The notes beneath the pieces are model-generated. The model was not told where the DNA came from. It saw only the letters and a list, made by a program, of their open reading frames with translations, and searched no databases. Below are positions 47,111 to 62,702 of a DNA stretch of 64,000 nt, one piece after another. The translations under genes and the position numbers were made by a program. Position 1 is the stretch's first letter, and the number at the start of each line of letters is the position of its first letter. Location of the stretch: assembly GCF_016026235.1 (NCBI RefSeq), contig NZ_CP065613.1. One strand, 5' to 3'. Origin of the DNA: Escherichia coli. Lineage in GTDB: Bacteria; Pseudomonadota; Gammaproteobacteria; Enterobacterales; Enterobacteriaceae.

Positions 47111-48355
47111 TTACTGATACACCGGCAGTAAATTAAAGCTCGATAAAATATGGACCAGTGCGTTGCCAACGCCAAACACCAGAATCAGCGTAATCATCGG
47201 CTTGCCGCCCCAGACGCGGAATTTCGGGCTGCCAAAGCGTTTACGCGATGCGCGGGCTAACAGCGCCGGAACAATTGCCGCCCAGATGGTAGCTGCTAAA
47301 CCAGCATAACCAATGGCGTACAGGAATCCGTTCGGGAACAGTAGACCACCCACAACAGGCGGGGCAAAGGTCAGCAATGCCGTTTTCAAGCGCCCCAGGG
47401 CTGAGTCATCGAAACCAAACAGATCTGCCAGATAGTCAAACAAACCCAGCGTTACGCCAAGGAACGAACTCGCTACCGCAAAGTTTGAGAACACGACCAG
47501 CAGAAGGTCCAGGCTACGGCTGTTCAGCACGCCGCTTAATGCCTGTACCAGCACATCAATATTACCGCCCTTCTCTGCAATACCGATAAACTCCGGACGC
47601 GGGATGTTACCCATCGTCGCCAGCAACCAGATGGTATACAGCGCCAGTGCCATCAGCGTACCGTACACCAGGCATTTCACGATGGTTTTCGGATCTTTGC
47701 CGTAATACTTCATCAGGCTTGGCACGTTACCGTGATAACCAAACGACGCCAGGCAGAACGGCAATGTCATCAGCAGATACGGCGCATAAGATGCATTGCT
47801 TTCTGCAACGTTGAACAATGTCGCAGGCTGCACATGCCCCAACAGGCTGCCAAAGGTGAGGAAGAAGGTAATGACTTTCGCCCCCAGCACAATCGCCGTC
47901 ATGCGGCTGACGGCCTTAGTACTCAACCACACCACAAACGCTACCAGCAGTGCAAAACCAAAACCCGCCGCCCGTGCCGGGACGTTTAGCGACATCTCTG
48001 CGAAGGTGTGATGCAGAATTGAACCACTGGCAGAAATATAGGCATAGGTCAGGATATAGAGCACAAAGGCAATGGAAATACCGTTGACCACGTTCCAGCC
48101 TTTGCCCAGCAAATCTTTGGTGATGGTGTCAAAACTCGAACCGATTCGGTAATTCAGGTTAGCTTCCAGAATCATCAAGCCGGAATGCAGCATACAGAAC
48201 CAGGTAAAGATCAGCGCCGCCATTGACCAGAAAAACCACGCCCCGGACATGACCACTGGCAGAGAAAACATCCCTGCGCCAATAATGGTGCCGCCGATAA
48301 TCACCACGCCGCCAAGCAGCGACGGTGACGTTTGGGTGGTGGTTAGTGTTGCCAT
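47111..48355 (-). CDS. mtr: tryptophan-specific permease
   Basis: 414-aa membrane ORF. Confidence 0.9.
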   Translation of the reverse strand: MATLTTTQTSPSLLGGVVIIGGTIIGAGMFSLPVVMSGAWFFWSMAALIFTWFCMLHSGLMILEANLNYRIGSSFDTITKDLLGKGWNVVNGISIAFVLYILTYAYISASGSILHHTFAEMSLNVPARAAGFGFALLVAFVVWLSTKAVSRMTAIVLGAKVITFFLTFGSLLGHVQPATLFNVAESNASYAPYLLMTLPFCLASFGYHGNVPSLMKYYGKDPKTIVKCLVYGTLMALALYTIWLLATMGNIPRPEFIGIAEKGGNIDVLVQALSGVLNSRSLDLLLVVFSNFAVASSFLGVTLGLFDYLADLFGFDDSALGRLKTALLTFAPPVVGGLLFPNGFLYAIGYAGLAATIWAAIVPALLARASRKRFGSPKFRVWGGKPMITLILVFGVGNALVHILSSFNLLPVYQ

Positions 48356-48399
48356 GAGGGCTTCTCTCCAGTGAAAAATAGTGCGACTGCGTTGTTATG

Positions 48400-48430
48400 C
48401 ATTGCACTGTACCAGTACACGAGTACAAAA
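48400..48430 (-). promoter_or_regulatory. mtr promoter region with trp-operator-like dyad
   Basis: actgtaccagtacacgagtacaaaag contains GTAC-spaced dyad; mtr is known to be TrpR/TyrR controlled. Confidence 0.3.
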
Positions 48431-48431
48431 G

Positions 48432-48456
48432 ACAAAAAAAAAGCCCCGATGGTAAA
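48432..48456 (-). terminator. rho-independent terminator after deaD
   Basis: agccccgat-ggtaaaa-atcggggct hairpin with A9 run (T-run on minus strand). Confidence 0.6.
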
Positions 48457-48508
48457 AATCGGGGCTGTATATATTATTTTACAGATTGTGTTCGCTGTTC
48501 AGCGATGA

Positions 48509-50398
48509 TTACGCATCACCACCGAAACGACGACGACCGGTAGAGTCATCACGACGCGGAGCGCGGCCTTCACGACGTTCGCCGCTAAAACGACGACCAT
48601 CACCACGGCCACCTTCACGGCGTTCACCGCTGAAGTTACGACCGCCTTCACGACGTTCGCCACCGAAACCACGACCACCGCCACGACGCTCACCGCCAGT
48701 ATGCGGCTGTGCATCGCCCAGTAACTGCATGTTCATCGGCTTGTTGAGAATGCGAGTGCGCGTAAAGTGTTGCAGCACTTCACCCGGCATACCTTTCGGC
48801 AGTTCGATGGTGGAGTGAGAAGCAAACAGCTTGATGTTACCAATGTAACGGCTGCTGATGTCGCCTTCGTTAGCAATCGCACCAACGATATGACGAACTT
48901 CAACACCATCATCGCGGCCCACTTCAATGCGGTACAGCTGCATATCGCCAACATCACGACGTTCACGACGCGGACGATCTTCACGGTCACCACGCGGGCC
49001 ACGGTCGTTACGATCGCGCGGACCACGGTCATCACGGTCACGGAATTCACGTTTCGGACGCATCGGCGCATCTGGCGGTACGATCAGAGTACGTTCACCC
49101 TGTGCCATTTTCAGCAGTGCCGCAGCCAGAGTTTCGAGATCCAGCTCTTCACCTTCAGCAGTCGGCTGAATTTTGCTCAGCAGTGCGCGGTATTGATCCA
49201 GATCGCTGCTTTCCAGCTGCTGCTGTACTTTAGCGGCGAATTTTTCCAGACGGCGTTTGCCTAGCAGTTCTGCGTTCGGCAGTTCTACTTCCGGAATAGT
49301 CAGCTTCATAGTACGTTCAATGTTGCGCAGCAGACGACGCTCGCGGTTCTCAACGAACAGCAGCGCGCGGCCAGCACGACCCGCACGACCGGTACGACCG
49401 ATACGGTGAACGTAAGACTCAGAATCCATCGGGATATCGTAGTTAACTACCAGGCTGATACGCTCAACGTCCAGGCCACGGGCTGCAACGTCGGTCGCAA
49501 TCAGGATGTCCAGACGACCATCTTTCAGGCGTTCCAGTGTCTGTTCACGCAGCGCCTGGTTCATGTCACCGTTCAGCGCGGCGCTGTTGTAGCCGTTACG
49601 CTCAAGAGCTTCAGCCACTTCCAGAGTCGCGTTTTTGGTACGAACGAAGATAATCGCCGCATCAAAATCTTCCGCTTCCAGGAAACGTACCAGTGCTTCG
49701 TTTTTGCGCATACCCCAGACAGTCCAGTAGCTCTGGCTGATGTCAGGACGGGTAGTCACGCTGGACTGAATGCGCACTTCCTGCGGCTCTTTCATAAAGC
49801 GGCGGGTAATGCGACGAATCGCTTCCGGCATGGTTGCAGAGAACAGAGCGGTCTGATGACCTTCCGGGATCTGCGCCATAATGGTTTCAACGTCTTCGAT
49901 GAAGCCCATGCGCAGCATTTCGTCAGCTTCATCCAGAACCAGACCGCTCAGTTTAGAGAGGTCCAGAGTGCCACGTTTCAGGTGGTCCAGCAGACGGCCC
50001 GGAGTACCGACAACGATCTGCGGCCCCTGACGCAGGGCGCGTAATTGCACGTCATAACGCTGGCCGCCGTACAGAGCAACCACATTTACGCCGCGCATGT
50101 GTTTAGAGAAATCCGTCATTGCTTCAGCAACCTGTACCGCCAGTTCGCGGGTCGGTGCCAGCACCAGAATCTGTGGTGCTTTCAGCTCAGGATCAAGATT
50201 CTGCAACAGAGGTAAAGAGAATGCTGCAGTTTTTCCGCTCCCCGTCTGGGCCATACCCAGAACGTCGCGGCCATTCAGCAGATGTGGAATACACTCTGCC
50301 TGAATTGGAGATGGTTTTTCGTAACCCAGATCGTTAAGGGCTTCAAGGATAGGAGCCTTCAGGCCCAGATCTGCAAAAGTGGTTTCGAATTCAGCCAT
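48509..50398 (-). CDS. deaD: DEAD-box ATP-dependent RNA helicase (CsdA)
   Basis: ORF track 48509..50464; start at [13 protein letters not shown], 629 aa; DEAD motif and RG-rich C-terminus. Confidence 0.9.
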
Positions 50399-50577
50399 GT
50401 AGTACGTGTGCCTCAAAATTAATGGCGGCCAGTCTACATAACTCATCATGAAATTGATCAGCAATTTTCATTGAAAAGTGTGAACCGGCTCAAAGTAGGT
50501 GTATTAACGAACAACAACGCCCTCACCCGTTAAGGTGATGGCAATCAAAAAAGATTACGGGCTGATGTGTACGTCAG

Positions 50578-51462
50578 CTATTGCTGGTCCGATTCTGCCA
50601 GGTCATCTTGGTCCTGGCCCAGGAGCGATAATTCCAACAATGCGTATCGGTGCTCAACAAAGTTATGAACGTTGTTGGCAACCGCCAGTTTGAACAGTGC
50701 CGTGGCGCTGTCCAAATCCCCCAGACTTAGGTAGTACTTACCTAAATAGAAGTTGGTTTCACTGAGATGCTCAGCGAGCGAGGTGTTATCCGTTGCGTCC
50801 GCCTTGAGCCTTTCCATTAACGTTTGTTCGCTAATGTTGCCCAGGTAGAACTCGACAATGTTCCATCCCCACTGTTCCTTATCCGATTTTTCGAAGTGCT
50901 GTTTCAACACTTCTTTAGCCTGCTTCTCATCGAGCTTCTGCTCGGCGAGATAAAGCCACAGACTACGGAAAGGATCATTGGGATCGTCTTGATAAAACGC
51001 CAGCAGATCATCTTGCGCTAACTTGTCACGACCGCCGTAATATAATGCGATCCCGCGATTCAAGTGCGCGTAGTTGTAAGTTGGATCAAGCTCAAGTACA
51101 GAATCAAACGCTTCATAGGCAGCATCAAAATTGCCTGCCTGCGTTAAATATATGCCTAAGTAATTGAATACTTCAGGCATATCCGGTCGGATTGCCAGCG
51201 CTTGCGAAAAATCGTTACGCGCTAATGCCCTCAGACCGAGACTATCATACAACACTCCGCGCTCATATAAAAGCTGTGCGCGTTCGTCATCGGTTAAAGC
51301 CCGACTGGCAAGGATTTGTTCCATACGTGCCAGAATCACTTCCTGCTGTAAAGTCGGTTGCAATGGTACCGCGAGGACTTCACTTTTACGCCAGGAAGTA
51401 TTACTGCATCCTGCAAGCGTAAGTGCTGTCGCAACGAAACACCAGCGCAAAAAAGGCTTCAT
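50578..51462 (-). CDS. nlpI: TPR-repeat outer-membrane lipoprotein
   Basis: 294-aa ORF, lipobox LAGCS. Confidence 0.9.
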
Positions 51463-51570
51463 TTCCCACTCCCGAAGACCACGGTTGAATGAACGTCCTG
51501 TTCCCGGTTGCTAACAAGGCGTCCTGCCCGGTTAAAAGCCCCCCGCCGCAGCGGAGGGCAAATGGCAACC

Positions 51571-53706
51571 TTACTCGCCCTGTTCAGCAGCCGGAGCTTC
51601 CGGTGCTGCAGCAGGTTGAGACTGCTCAGTCGCTTCTTTAATGCTCAGACGGATACGGCCCTGGCGATCAACTTCCAGAACTTTCACCGGTACTTCCTGA
51701 CCCATCTGCAGGTAATCGGTCACTTTCTCAACGCGTTTGTCAGCGATTTGAGAGATGTGGACCAGACCTTCTTTACCGCCGCCGATGGCAACAAATGCGC
51801 CAAAGTCAACGATACGGGTCACTTTACCAGTGTAGACGCGGCCCACTTCGATTTCTGCAGTGATCTCTTCGATACGACGAATAGCATGTTTCGCTTTCTC
51901 GCCGTCGGTCGCTGCGATCTTCACAGTACCGTCATCTTCGATTTCGATGGTAGTGCCAGTTTCTTCGGTCAGGGCACGGATAACAGAGCCGCCTTTACCG
52001 ATAACGTCTTTGATCTTATCCGGGTTGATCTTGATGGTATGGATACGCGGTGCGAACTCAGAGATATCGCCACGCGGCGCGTTGATCGCCTGTTCCATTA
52101 CGCCCAGGATATGCAGACGCGCACCTTTAGCCTGGTTCAGCGCAACCTGCATGATCTCTTTGGTGATACCTTCAATTTTGATATCCATCTGCAATGCAGA
52201 GATACCCTCGCGGGAACCCGCAACTTTGAAGTCCATATCGCCCAGGTGATCTTCGTCGCCCAAAATGTCAGACAGTACAACGTAGTTGTCGCCTTCTTTC
52301 ACCAGACCCATTGCGATACCCGCAACGGCAGCTTTGATCGGCACACCTGCGTCCATCAGCGCCAGAGACGCGCCGCACACGGAAGCCATAGAAGAGGAAC
52401 CGTTGGATTCAGTGATTTCAGACACAACACGTACGGTGTACGGGAATTTGTCCATATCCGGCATGACTGCCAGCACGCCGCGCTTCGCCAGACGACCGTG
52501 ACCAATTTCACGACGCTTCGGAGAACCGACCATGCCGGTTTCGCCTACGGAGTACGGAGGGAAGTTGTAGTGGAACAGGAAGGTATCGGTACGTTCGCCC
52601 ATCAGTTCATCAAGAACCTGCGCGTCACGAGCAGTACCCAGCGTTGCGGTAACCAGCGCCTGCGTTTCACCACGGGTGAACAGCGCAGAACCGTGAGTAC
52701 GCGGCAGCACGCCAGTACGCACATCCAGACCACGGATCATATCTTTTTCACGACCGTCGATACGCGGTTCGCCTGCCAGTACGCGGCTACGAACAACGTT
52801 TTTCTCGATAGCGTGCAGAATTTCACCCAGTTCGTTTTCGTCCAGGGTTTCGTCTTCAGCAAGCAGCGTCGCGATGGTTTCAGATTTGATGACATCAACC
52901 TGCGCATAACGCTCTTGTTTGTCGGTGATGCGGTAAGCATCGCTCAGGCGAGCTTCAGCCAGTGCAGCAACGCGCGCGTTCAGCGCTTCGTTTACCGGCT
53001 CCGGCTGCCAGTCCCAACGCGGTTTACCGGCTTCTTTCACCAGTTCATTGATGTTCTGAATAACAACCTGCTGTTGTTCATGACCGAACACTACTGCGCC
53101 CAGCATCTGGTCTTCGCTCAGCAGTTCAGCTTCAGATTCAACCATCAGTACAGCGGCTTCAGTACCCGCAACAACCAGATCCAGTTTGCTCTCTTTCAGC
53201 TCGTCCTGAGTCGGGTTCAGTACGTACTGGTCATTGATGTAACCTACGCGGGCAGCACCAATCGGGCCATTGAACGGAATACCAGACAGAGACAGTGCTG
53301 CGGAAGCACCAATCATCGCGACGATATCCGGGTTAACCTGCGGGTTAACAGAAACCACGGTGGCGATAACCTGAACTTCGTTGACGAAGCCTTCCGGGAA
53401 CAGCGGGCGAATCGGGCGGTCAATCAGACGCGCGATCAGGGTTTCGCCTTCGCTTGGACGACCTTCACGACGGAAGAAGCTACCCGGGATACGACCAGCA
53501 GCGTAGGTACGCTCCTGATAGTTAACGGTCAGTGGGAAGAAGTCCTGACCTGGTTTGGCTTTTTTCTGGCCAACAACGGTAACAAATACCGCGGTGTCAT
53601 CCATGCTAACCATAACAGCGGCAGTAGCCTGACGAGCCATCATGCCGGTTTCCAGAGTCACGGTGTGTTGGCCGTACTGGAATTTACGAACGATCGGATT
53701 AAGCAA
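51571..53706 (-). CDS. pnp: polynucleotide phosphorylase
   Basis: ORF track 51571..53793; TTG start giving [16 protein letters not shown], 711 aa. Confidence 0.9.
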   Translation of the reverse strand: MLNPIVRKFQYGQHTVTLETGMMARQATAAVMVSMDDTAVFVTVVGQKKAKPGQDFFPLTVNYQERTYAAGRIPGSFFRREGRPSEGETLIARLIDRPIRPLFPEGFVNEVQVIATVVSVNPQVNPDIVAMIGASAALSLSGIPFNGPIGAARVGYINDQYVLNPTQDELKESKLDLVVAGTEAAVLMVESEAELLSEDQMLGAVVFGHEQQQVVIQNINELVKEAGKPRWDWQPEPVNEALNARVAALAEARLSDAYRITDKQERYAQVDVIKSETIATLLAEDETLDENELGEILHAIEKNVVRSRVLAGEPRIDGREKDMIRGLDVRTGVLPRTHGSALFTRGETQALVTATLGTARDAQVLDELMGERTDTFLFHYNFPPYSVGETGMVGSPKRREIGHGRLAKRGVLAVMPDMDKFPYTVRVVSEITESNGSSSMASVCGASLALMDAGVPIKAAVAGIAMGLVKEGDNYVVLSDILGDEDHLGDMDFKVAGSREGISALQMDIKIEGITKEIMQVALNQAKGARLHILGVMEQAINAPRGDISEFAPRIHTIKINPDKIKDVIGKGGSVIRALTEETGTTIEIEDDGTVKIAATDGEKAKHAIRRIEEITAEIEVGRVYTGKVTRIVDFGAFVAIGGGKEGLVHISQIADKRVEKVTDYLQMGQEVPVKVLEVDRQGRIRLSIKEATEQSQPAAAPEAPAAEQGE

Positions 53707-53762
53707 TGTAATATCCTTTCTCTTTCTTAGACAGTACCTTACGGCACTGGTGTTAATACCCG

Positions 53763-53936
53763 ATCTTCTGCGCATCCTCGCGACTAATGACAACCCTAAC
53801 CCAGCTCTATGTGGGTAAAGCCTCTCATTAGCCGCGCGAACCTCTGCAACGGAAGATCATTCATAGCAACAATACATTAGTTTCCAGTGAATTGCTGCCG
53901 TCAGCTTGAAAAAAGGGGCCACTCAGGCCCCCTTTT
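53763..53936 (+). ncRNA. sraG: small RNA SraG (PsrO), antisense to the pnp leader
   Basis: Position between rpsO and pnp on opposite strand, recalled from K-12 annotation; + strand hairpin ggggcc-actca-ggcccc followed by T-run at 53915..53936. Confidence 0.4.
53909..53936. terminator. bidirectional rho-independent terminator (rpsO on minus strand)
   Basis: aaaaaaggggccactcaggcccccttttct. Confidence 0.7.
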
Positions 53937-53952
53937 CTGAAACTCGCAAGAA

Positions 53953-54318
<366 letters not shown>

Positions 54319-54370
54319 TTAAGCGGCAGTATTCTACTCGTAGCGACCTGTTATCGCAAGACGGTTAACA

Positions 54371-55315
54371 TTACGCCGGGTATTCAACCACCAGGCGACG
54401 AGGCGCAACGCGGCCTTCATCGTCAATTTCGCCCATACCGATAAATTTGCCGTTCTCACCTTCCGTGACGCGAACCAGTCCTTCCAGCGGCGCACCAGAT
54501 GTACGAACCGGGTTACCATTTTTGAAGTAAACAGAAGACGTTAACGGAAGATTCACCACCGGATAGTCCGAAGCTGGACTGTCCATTGGCATCAGTAATG
54601 GATCAAGTAACTCCGCAGCCGGAATATCCTGCTGTTCAGCTTGCTCAACAAGTTCACGCAGGTGCTCCAGGGTCACCATCCGTTCAACCGGATATTTACT
54701 TACCGCCAGACGGCGCAGGTAAATAACATGCGCGCCACAACCGAGTTTTTCACCCAGGTCATCAATGATGGTGCGGATATAAGTGCCTTTTGAGCAGTGA
54801 ATTTCCAGCTCCAGCTCATTGCCTTCATGGCGAATAAACAGCAATTCATAAACGGTAATCGGACGCGCTTCACGCGGAACTTCAATGCCCTGACGCGCAT
54901 ATTCGTACAGTTTTTTGCCCTGGTATTTCAGTGCTGAATACATCGATGGGATCTGTTCGATATCGCCACGGAAAGTATCCAGTGCCACCGCCAGTTGTTC
55001 TGCACTAAAGGTTACCGGACGCTCTTCAACGATTTGTCCGTCGGCGTCAGAAGTATCAGTACGCTGTCCAAGACGCGCAATGACCCGATAGCGTTTGTCG
55101 GAGTCCAGCAGATACTGGGAAAACTTCGTCGCTTCCCCGAGGCAAATCGGCAACATGCCGGTCGCCAGCGGGTCCAGCGCACCGGTATGACCGGCACGGT
55201 TGGCGTTATAAATCCGTTTCACTTTTTGCAGCGCATCGTTGCTGGACATACCCTGAGGTTTATCCAGCAACAAAACGCCGTTAATGTCGCGACCGCGACG
55301 ACGAGGACGACTCAT
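54371..55315 (-). CDS. truB: tRNA pseudouridine-55 synthase
   Basis: 314-aa ORF. Confidence 0.9.
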   Translation of the reverse strand: MSRPRRRGRDINGVLLLDKPQGMSSNDALQKVKRIYNANRAGHTGALDPLATGMLPICLGEATKFSQYLLDSDKRYRVIARLGQRTDTSDADGQIVEERPVTFSAEQLAVALDTFRGDIEQIPSMYSALKYQGKKLYEYARQGIEVPREARPITVYELLFIRHEGNELELEIHCSKGTYIRTIIDDLGEKLGCGAHVIYLRRLAVSKYPVERMVTLEHLRELVEQAEQQDIPAAELLDPLLMPMDSPASDYPVVNLPLTSSVYFKNGNPVRTSGAPLEGLVRVTEGENGKFIGMGEIDDEGRVAPRRLVVEYPA

Positions 55316-55716
55316 TAGTCCTCCTTGCTGTCGTCCGGGTTAACACGACGTTCTTCGTCATGTTTGACCACGCTGGTCACCAGGTTTGACATGCGCATCC
55401 CTTCAACCAGAGAGTTGTCGTAGAAGAAGGTCAGTTCCGGCACGATACGCAGGCGCATCGCTTTCCCCAGCAGGCTGCGGATGAAACCAGAAGCTTCTTG
55501 CAACGCTTTGATGCCCGCTTTAACCGCGTCTTCATCTTTGTCGTTGAGGAACGTCACATATACTTTGGCATACGCCAGGTCGCGAGACATTTCGACACCG
55601 GAAACGGTGGTCATCATGCCCAGACGAGGATCTTTAATTTCACGCTGCAGGATGAGAGCGATCTCTTTTTGCATTTCCTGCGCTACGCGCTGCGGGCGAC
55701 CAAATTCTTTCGCCAT
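55315..55716 (-). CDS. rbfA: ribosome-binding factor A
   Basis: ORF track 55315..55734; start at [14 protein letters not shown], 133 aa. Confidence 0.9.
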
Positions 55717-55737
55717 AATAAATTCTCCTGACAAAAA

Positions 55738-55754
55738 AGGGGCTGTTAGCCCCT
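55738..55754 (-). terminator. hairpin between infB and rbfA (attenuator/partial terminator)
   Basis: aggggctgttagcccct hairpin with flanking A/T runs. Confidence 0.4.
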
Positions 55755-55789
55755 TTTTAAAAATTAATTTCAGGTGGAAGGGCTGTTCA

Positions 55790-55875
55790 CGTTGGCCTGA
55801 TAAGACGCGCCAGCGTCACATCAGGCAATCCATGCCGGATGCGGCGTAAACGCCTTATCCCGCATGGAACCCTAA
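55790..55875. repeat. REP-like palindromic elements
   Basis: ggcctgataagacgcgccagcgtcacatcaggc and gccggatgcggcgtaaacgccttatcccgcatgg. Confidence 0.6.
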
Positions 55876-55880
55876 AAACC

Positions 55881-58553
55881 TTAAGCGATGGTACGTTGGA
55901 TCTCGATGATTTCGAATACTTCGATCACATCGCCAGTGCGGACGTCGTTGTAGTTCTTAACGCCGATACCACATTCCATACCGTTACGGACTTCGTTAAC
56001 GTCATCTTTGAAGCGGCGCAGGGACTCCAGCTCGCCTTCATAGATAACCACGTTGTCACGCAGAACGCGGATCGGGTTGTGACGTTTAACCACACCTTCG
56101 GTAACCATACAGCCTGCGATGGCACCAAATTTCGGCGATTTGAACACGTCACGAACTTCCGCCAGACCGATAATCTGCTGTTTCAGTTCCGGAGACAGCA
56201 TACCGCTCATCGCCGCTTTCACTTCGTCGATCAGGTTATAGATGACGGAGTAGTAACGCAGATCCAGGCTTTCCGCTTCAATCACTTTACGTGCAGAGGC
56301 ATCAGCACGTACGTTGAAGCCAACCAGGATGGCGTTGGACGCCGCAGCCAGGGTGGCGTCGGTTTCGGTGATACCACCTACGCCAGAACCGATGATCTTC
56401 ACTTTAACTTCGTCAGTAGACAGTTTCAGCAAGGAGTCGGAGATCGCTTCCACAGAACCCTGTACGTCTGCCTTCAGGACGATATTCACTTCGTGAACTT
56501 CGCCTTCGGTCATGTTGGCGAACATGTTCTCGAGTTTAGATTTCTGCTGACGCGCCAGTTTAACTTCGCGGAATTTACCCTGACGATAGAGTGCAACTTC
56601 ACGCGCTTTCTTCTCGTCACGTACAACGGTAACTTCATCACCCGCAGCCGGAACACCGGATAAGCCGAGGATTTCCACCGGAATGGACGGACCCGCTTCC
56701 AGCACTTCCTGACCCAGTTCGTTACGCATCGCACGAACACGACCGTATTCGAAGCCACACAGAACGATATCGCCCTTGTGCAGAGTACCTTCACGTACCA
56801 GAACGGTAGCAACCGGACCACGACCTTTATCGAGGAAGGATTCGATAACCGCACCGCTCGCCATACCTTTACGTACCGCTTTCAGCTCCAGAACTTCCGC
56901 CTGCAGCAGGATAGCGTCCAGCAGTTCATCGATACCGGTACCCGCTTTCGCAGATACGTGTACGAACTGGCTTTCACCGCCCCACTCTTCCGGCAGGATG
57001 CCGTACTGGGAGAGTTCGTTCTTAACGCGATCCGGATCGGCTTCTGGTTTATCGATCTTGTTCACTGCAACCACCACCGGTACCTGCGCCGCTTTCGCGT
57101 GCTGGATTGCTTCGATGGTCTGCGGCATTACGCCGTCGTCGGCAGCAACAACCAGGACTACGATGTCAGTTGCCTGCGCACCACGTGCACGCATTGAAGT
57201 AAACGCAGCGTGCCCCGGGGTGTCCAGGAAGGTGATCATGCCGTTTTCAGTTTCAACGTGGTATGCACCAATGTGCTGGGTAATGCCGCCCGCTTCGCCA
57301 GAGGCCACTTTCGTTGAGCGAATGTAGTCCAGCAGAGAGGTTTTACCGTGGTCAACGTGACCCATGATGGTCACAACCGGCGCGCGCGGTTCAGCCGCAG
57401 CACCCGTGTCACGGTCGCTCATTACCGCCTCTTCCAGCTCGTTTTCACGACGCAGGATAACTTTGTGGCCCATCTCTTCAGCAACCAGCTGTGCGGTTTC
57501 CTGATCGATAACCTGGTTGATGGTTGCCATTGCGCCCAGTTTCATCATCGCTTTGATGACCTGAGAGCCTTTAACCGCCATCTTGTTCGCCAGTTCGCCA
57601 ACGGTGATGGTTTCGCCGATCACAACGTCACGGTTAACGGCCTGAGCTGGCTTCTGGAAGCCTTGCTGCAGGGAAGAACCTTTACGTTTTCCGCCTTTAC
57701 CGCCACGTACTGCTGCGCGTGCTTCTTCACGATCAGCTTTTGATTCAGCGTGTTTGTTGCCTTTCTTCGGACGCGCTGCTTTCGCGTTACGACCACGGCC
57801 ACGGCCGCCTTCGACTTCACGATCGCTTTCGTCTTCTGCCTGGCGAGCATGTTGAGAAGTAGTGACGTGATAATCGCTGGAATCTTCAGTCGGTTCCGCG
57901 TTATCAGTCCATTTGTTTTCTTCCGCCATACGACGTGCTTCTTCAGCAACGCGACGTGCTTCTTCTTCGAGTTTACGACGCGCTTCTTCTTCGGCTTTAC
58001 GCTTGAGCTCTGCAGCTTCCTGCTCACGGCGGGCTTTTTCAGCTTGGGCGTTTTTAGTCATATCGTCTTGTTGATTGCTCACTTTGTCTTTTTCCGCAGC
58101 TTCACGTTTCGCTTGTTCAGCAGCTTCACGCTTAGCTTGTTCTGCGGCCTCACGTTCAGCTTTTTGTTGCGCCTCGCGTTTAGCCGATTCTTCTGCCTCA
58201 CGACGGGCTTGCTCTTCCGCTTCACGCTGCGCTTGCTCTTCCGCTGCAAGGCGTTCAGCCTCTTGCGGATCGCGTTTCACAAAGGTGCGTTTCTTGCGGA
58301 CTTCGATTTGTACCGATTTGCTTTTTCCACCGGTACCAGGAATGTTAAGGGTGCTGCGTGTTTTACGTTGCAGCGTCAATTTGTCCGGGCCTGAATTTTT
58401 CTGATTCAGGTGGTCAATCAAAGTCTGTTTCTCTTGTGCAGACACAGAGTCGTCAGCAGACTTCCGGATACCTGCATCAGCAAATTGCTGTACCAGGCGT
58501 TCCACGGAGGTCTGTCGCTCTGCGGCCAGCGTTTTAATCGTTACATCTGTCAT
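55881..58553 (-). CDS. infB: translation initiation factor IF-2
   Basis: 890-aa ORF with GTPase motifs [12 protein letters not shown] / DTPGH. Confidence 0.95.
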
Positions 58554-58577
58554 GCTGTTCCTTCCTGCTACAGTTTA

Positions 58578-60065
<1,488 letters not shown>

Positions 60066-60092
60066 CGCGGGCTTTTCACCTCATCCAGACTA

Positions 60093-60545
60093 TTAAAAGT
60101 GGGGAACCAGGTTCGCCTTCTGGATATTACTCAGCGCGAACACTTCATCTTTACCTTCGACGGTAACTGTGATCATTTCACCGTCTACCGCTTTGATAAC
60201 GCCCTGCCATTTACGACGGTTTTGTACCGCCATACGGAGAACCAGAGTCACCTCTTCTCCGACAAAACGGGCGTAGTGTTCAGCCGTGAACAGTGGGCGA
60301 TCGAGACCCGGTGAGGAGACTTCCAGGTTATAAGCAACGGTGATGGGATCTTCAACATCCAGCACAGCACTTACCTGGTGGCTCACATCAGCACAATCAT
60401 CAACATTGATGCCATCTTCACTATCAATATAGATGCGCAGTGTGGATGTGCGACCGCGAATAAATTCGATGCCAACCAGTTCAAAACCCAGGGCCTCAAC
60501 TGGCGCAGTAATCATCTCTGTTAATTTTTGCTCTAATGTGGACAA
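60093..60545 (-). CDS. rimP: ribosome maturation factor RimP
   Basis: ORF track 60093..60557; TTG start at 60545 giving 150 aa. Confidence 0.85.
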
Positions 60546-60606
60546 GCCCACCCCCAAGACATAAAAAAAGGGCCTAAAGCCCAGTTATTCTGTAGTCAGA
60601 TAACAA

Positions 60607-60631
60607 AAAACCCCGATAAATCGGGGCTTTA
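60607..60631 (-). terminator. hairpin between metY and rimP (operon leader attenuator)
   Basis: ccccga-taaa-tcgggg with A6 run (T-run on minus strand). Confidence 0.5.
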
Positions 60632-60751
60632 TATAACTGAACCCTATAACCGCAACTGCGGTCTGGAGCACTTTCCAGAAGGATTTTTTCAAATCCCACT
60701 ACGAAGGTCGAAGTCTTCACAGTATATTTGAAAAAGGACTCTAAGGGAAAG

Positions 60752-60828
<77 letters not shown>

Positions 60829-61087
60829 CCTGAAACGTGGCAAATTCTACTCGTTTTGGGTAAAAGATGCAAATACTGCTGGGATTTGGTGTACCGAGAC
60901 GGGACGTAAAATCTGCAGGCATTATAGTGATCCATGCCACATTTTGTCAACGTTTATTGCTAATCACGTGAATGAATATCCAGTTCACTTTCATTTGTTG
61001 AATACTTTTGCCTTCTCCTGCTCTCCCTTAAGCGCATTATTTTACAAAAAACACACTAAACTCTTCCTGTCTCCGATAAAAGATGAT

Positions 61088-61126
61088 TAAATGAAAACTC
61101 ATTTATTTTGCATAAAAATTCAGTGA
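61088..61126 (+). promoter_or_regulatory. putative ARG box (ArgR operator) upstream of argG
   Basis: tgcataaaaattcagtg resembles TGAAT-N4-ATTCA ARG box consensus; argG is ArgR-repressed in E. coli. Confidence 0.35.
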
Positions 61127-61160
61127 GAGCGGAAATCCAGGCTCATCATCAGTTAATTAA

Positions 61161-62519
<1,359 letters not shown>

Positions 62520-62540
62520 TATCATAGCTTTCGTGCTAAA

Positions 62541-62563
62541 GGCCGCAAATGCGGCCTTTTTTT
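62541..62563 (+). terminator. rho-independent terminator after argG
   Basis: ggccgcaaatgcggcc followed by T7. Confidence 0.7.
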
Positions 62564-62702
62564 ACGGCTAAGAGAATGTGACTGCGTTTAGGGGCCACCA
62601 TGTCCGAATTCGGAATTAAAGTAAAAGTTAAATGAAATAAAGTAAATTTCAGCGCATTCTATTTTTGCTTTATGTTTTTATGCTCAGTAAAAGGAATGAC
62701 CG

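Noticed and set aside
48509-48720. Imperfect tandem direct repeats of about 40-60 bp at the 3' end of deaD
   Set aside because: They encode the RG/RE-rich low-complexity C-terminal tail of DeaD (ERREGGR... repeats) in frame; no spacer-repeat architecture, so not a CRISPR array.
51508-53730. 740-codon open reading frame on the + strand, antisense across the whole of pnp; similar long antisense ORFs over nusA (58410..59879) and infB (55839..56663, 57750..58394)
   Set aside because: These overlie highly expressed, strongly codon-biased genes whose codon usage avoids the reverse complements of stop codons; no SD, no independent conservation signal, and the sense genes are unambiguous. Treated as codon-bias artefacts.
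57950-58250. Repetitive nucleotide stretch in infB resembling short tandem repeats
   Set aside because: In-frame coding repeats for the Ala/Glu/Lys/Arg-rich N-terminal domain of IF-2 ([18 protein letters not shown]...); not an independent repeat element.
62588-62610. Kozak-like GCCACCATG followed by an EcoRI site (ggggccaccatgtccgaattcgg) between argG and the HTH ORF, which might suggest an engineered cloning junction
   Set aside because: Both motifs are short and expected by chance in a 64-kb window; no other vector-like sequence, selectable marker or scar is present and the flanking terminators look native. Treated as coincidence, though the replacement boundaries deserve alignment.
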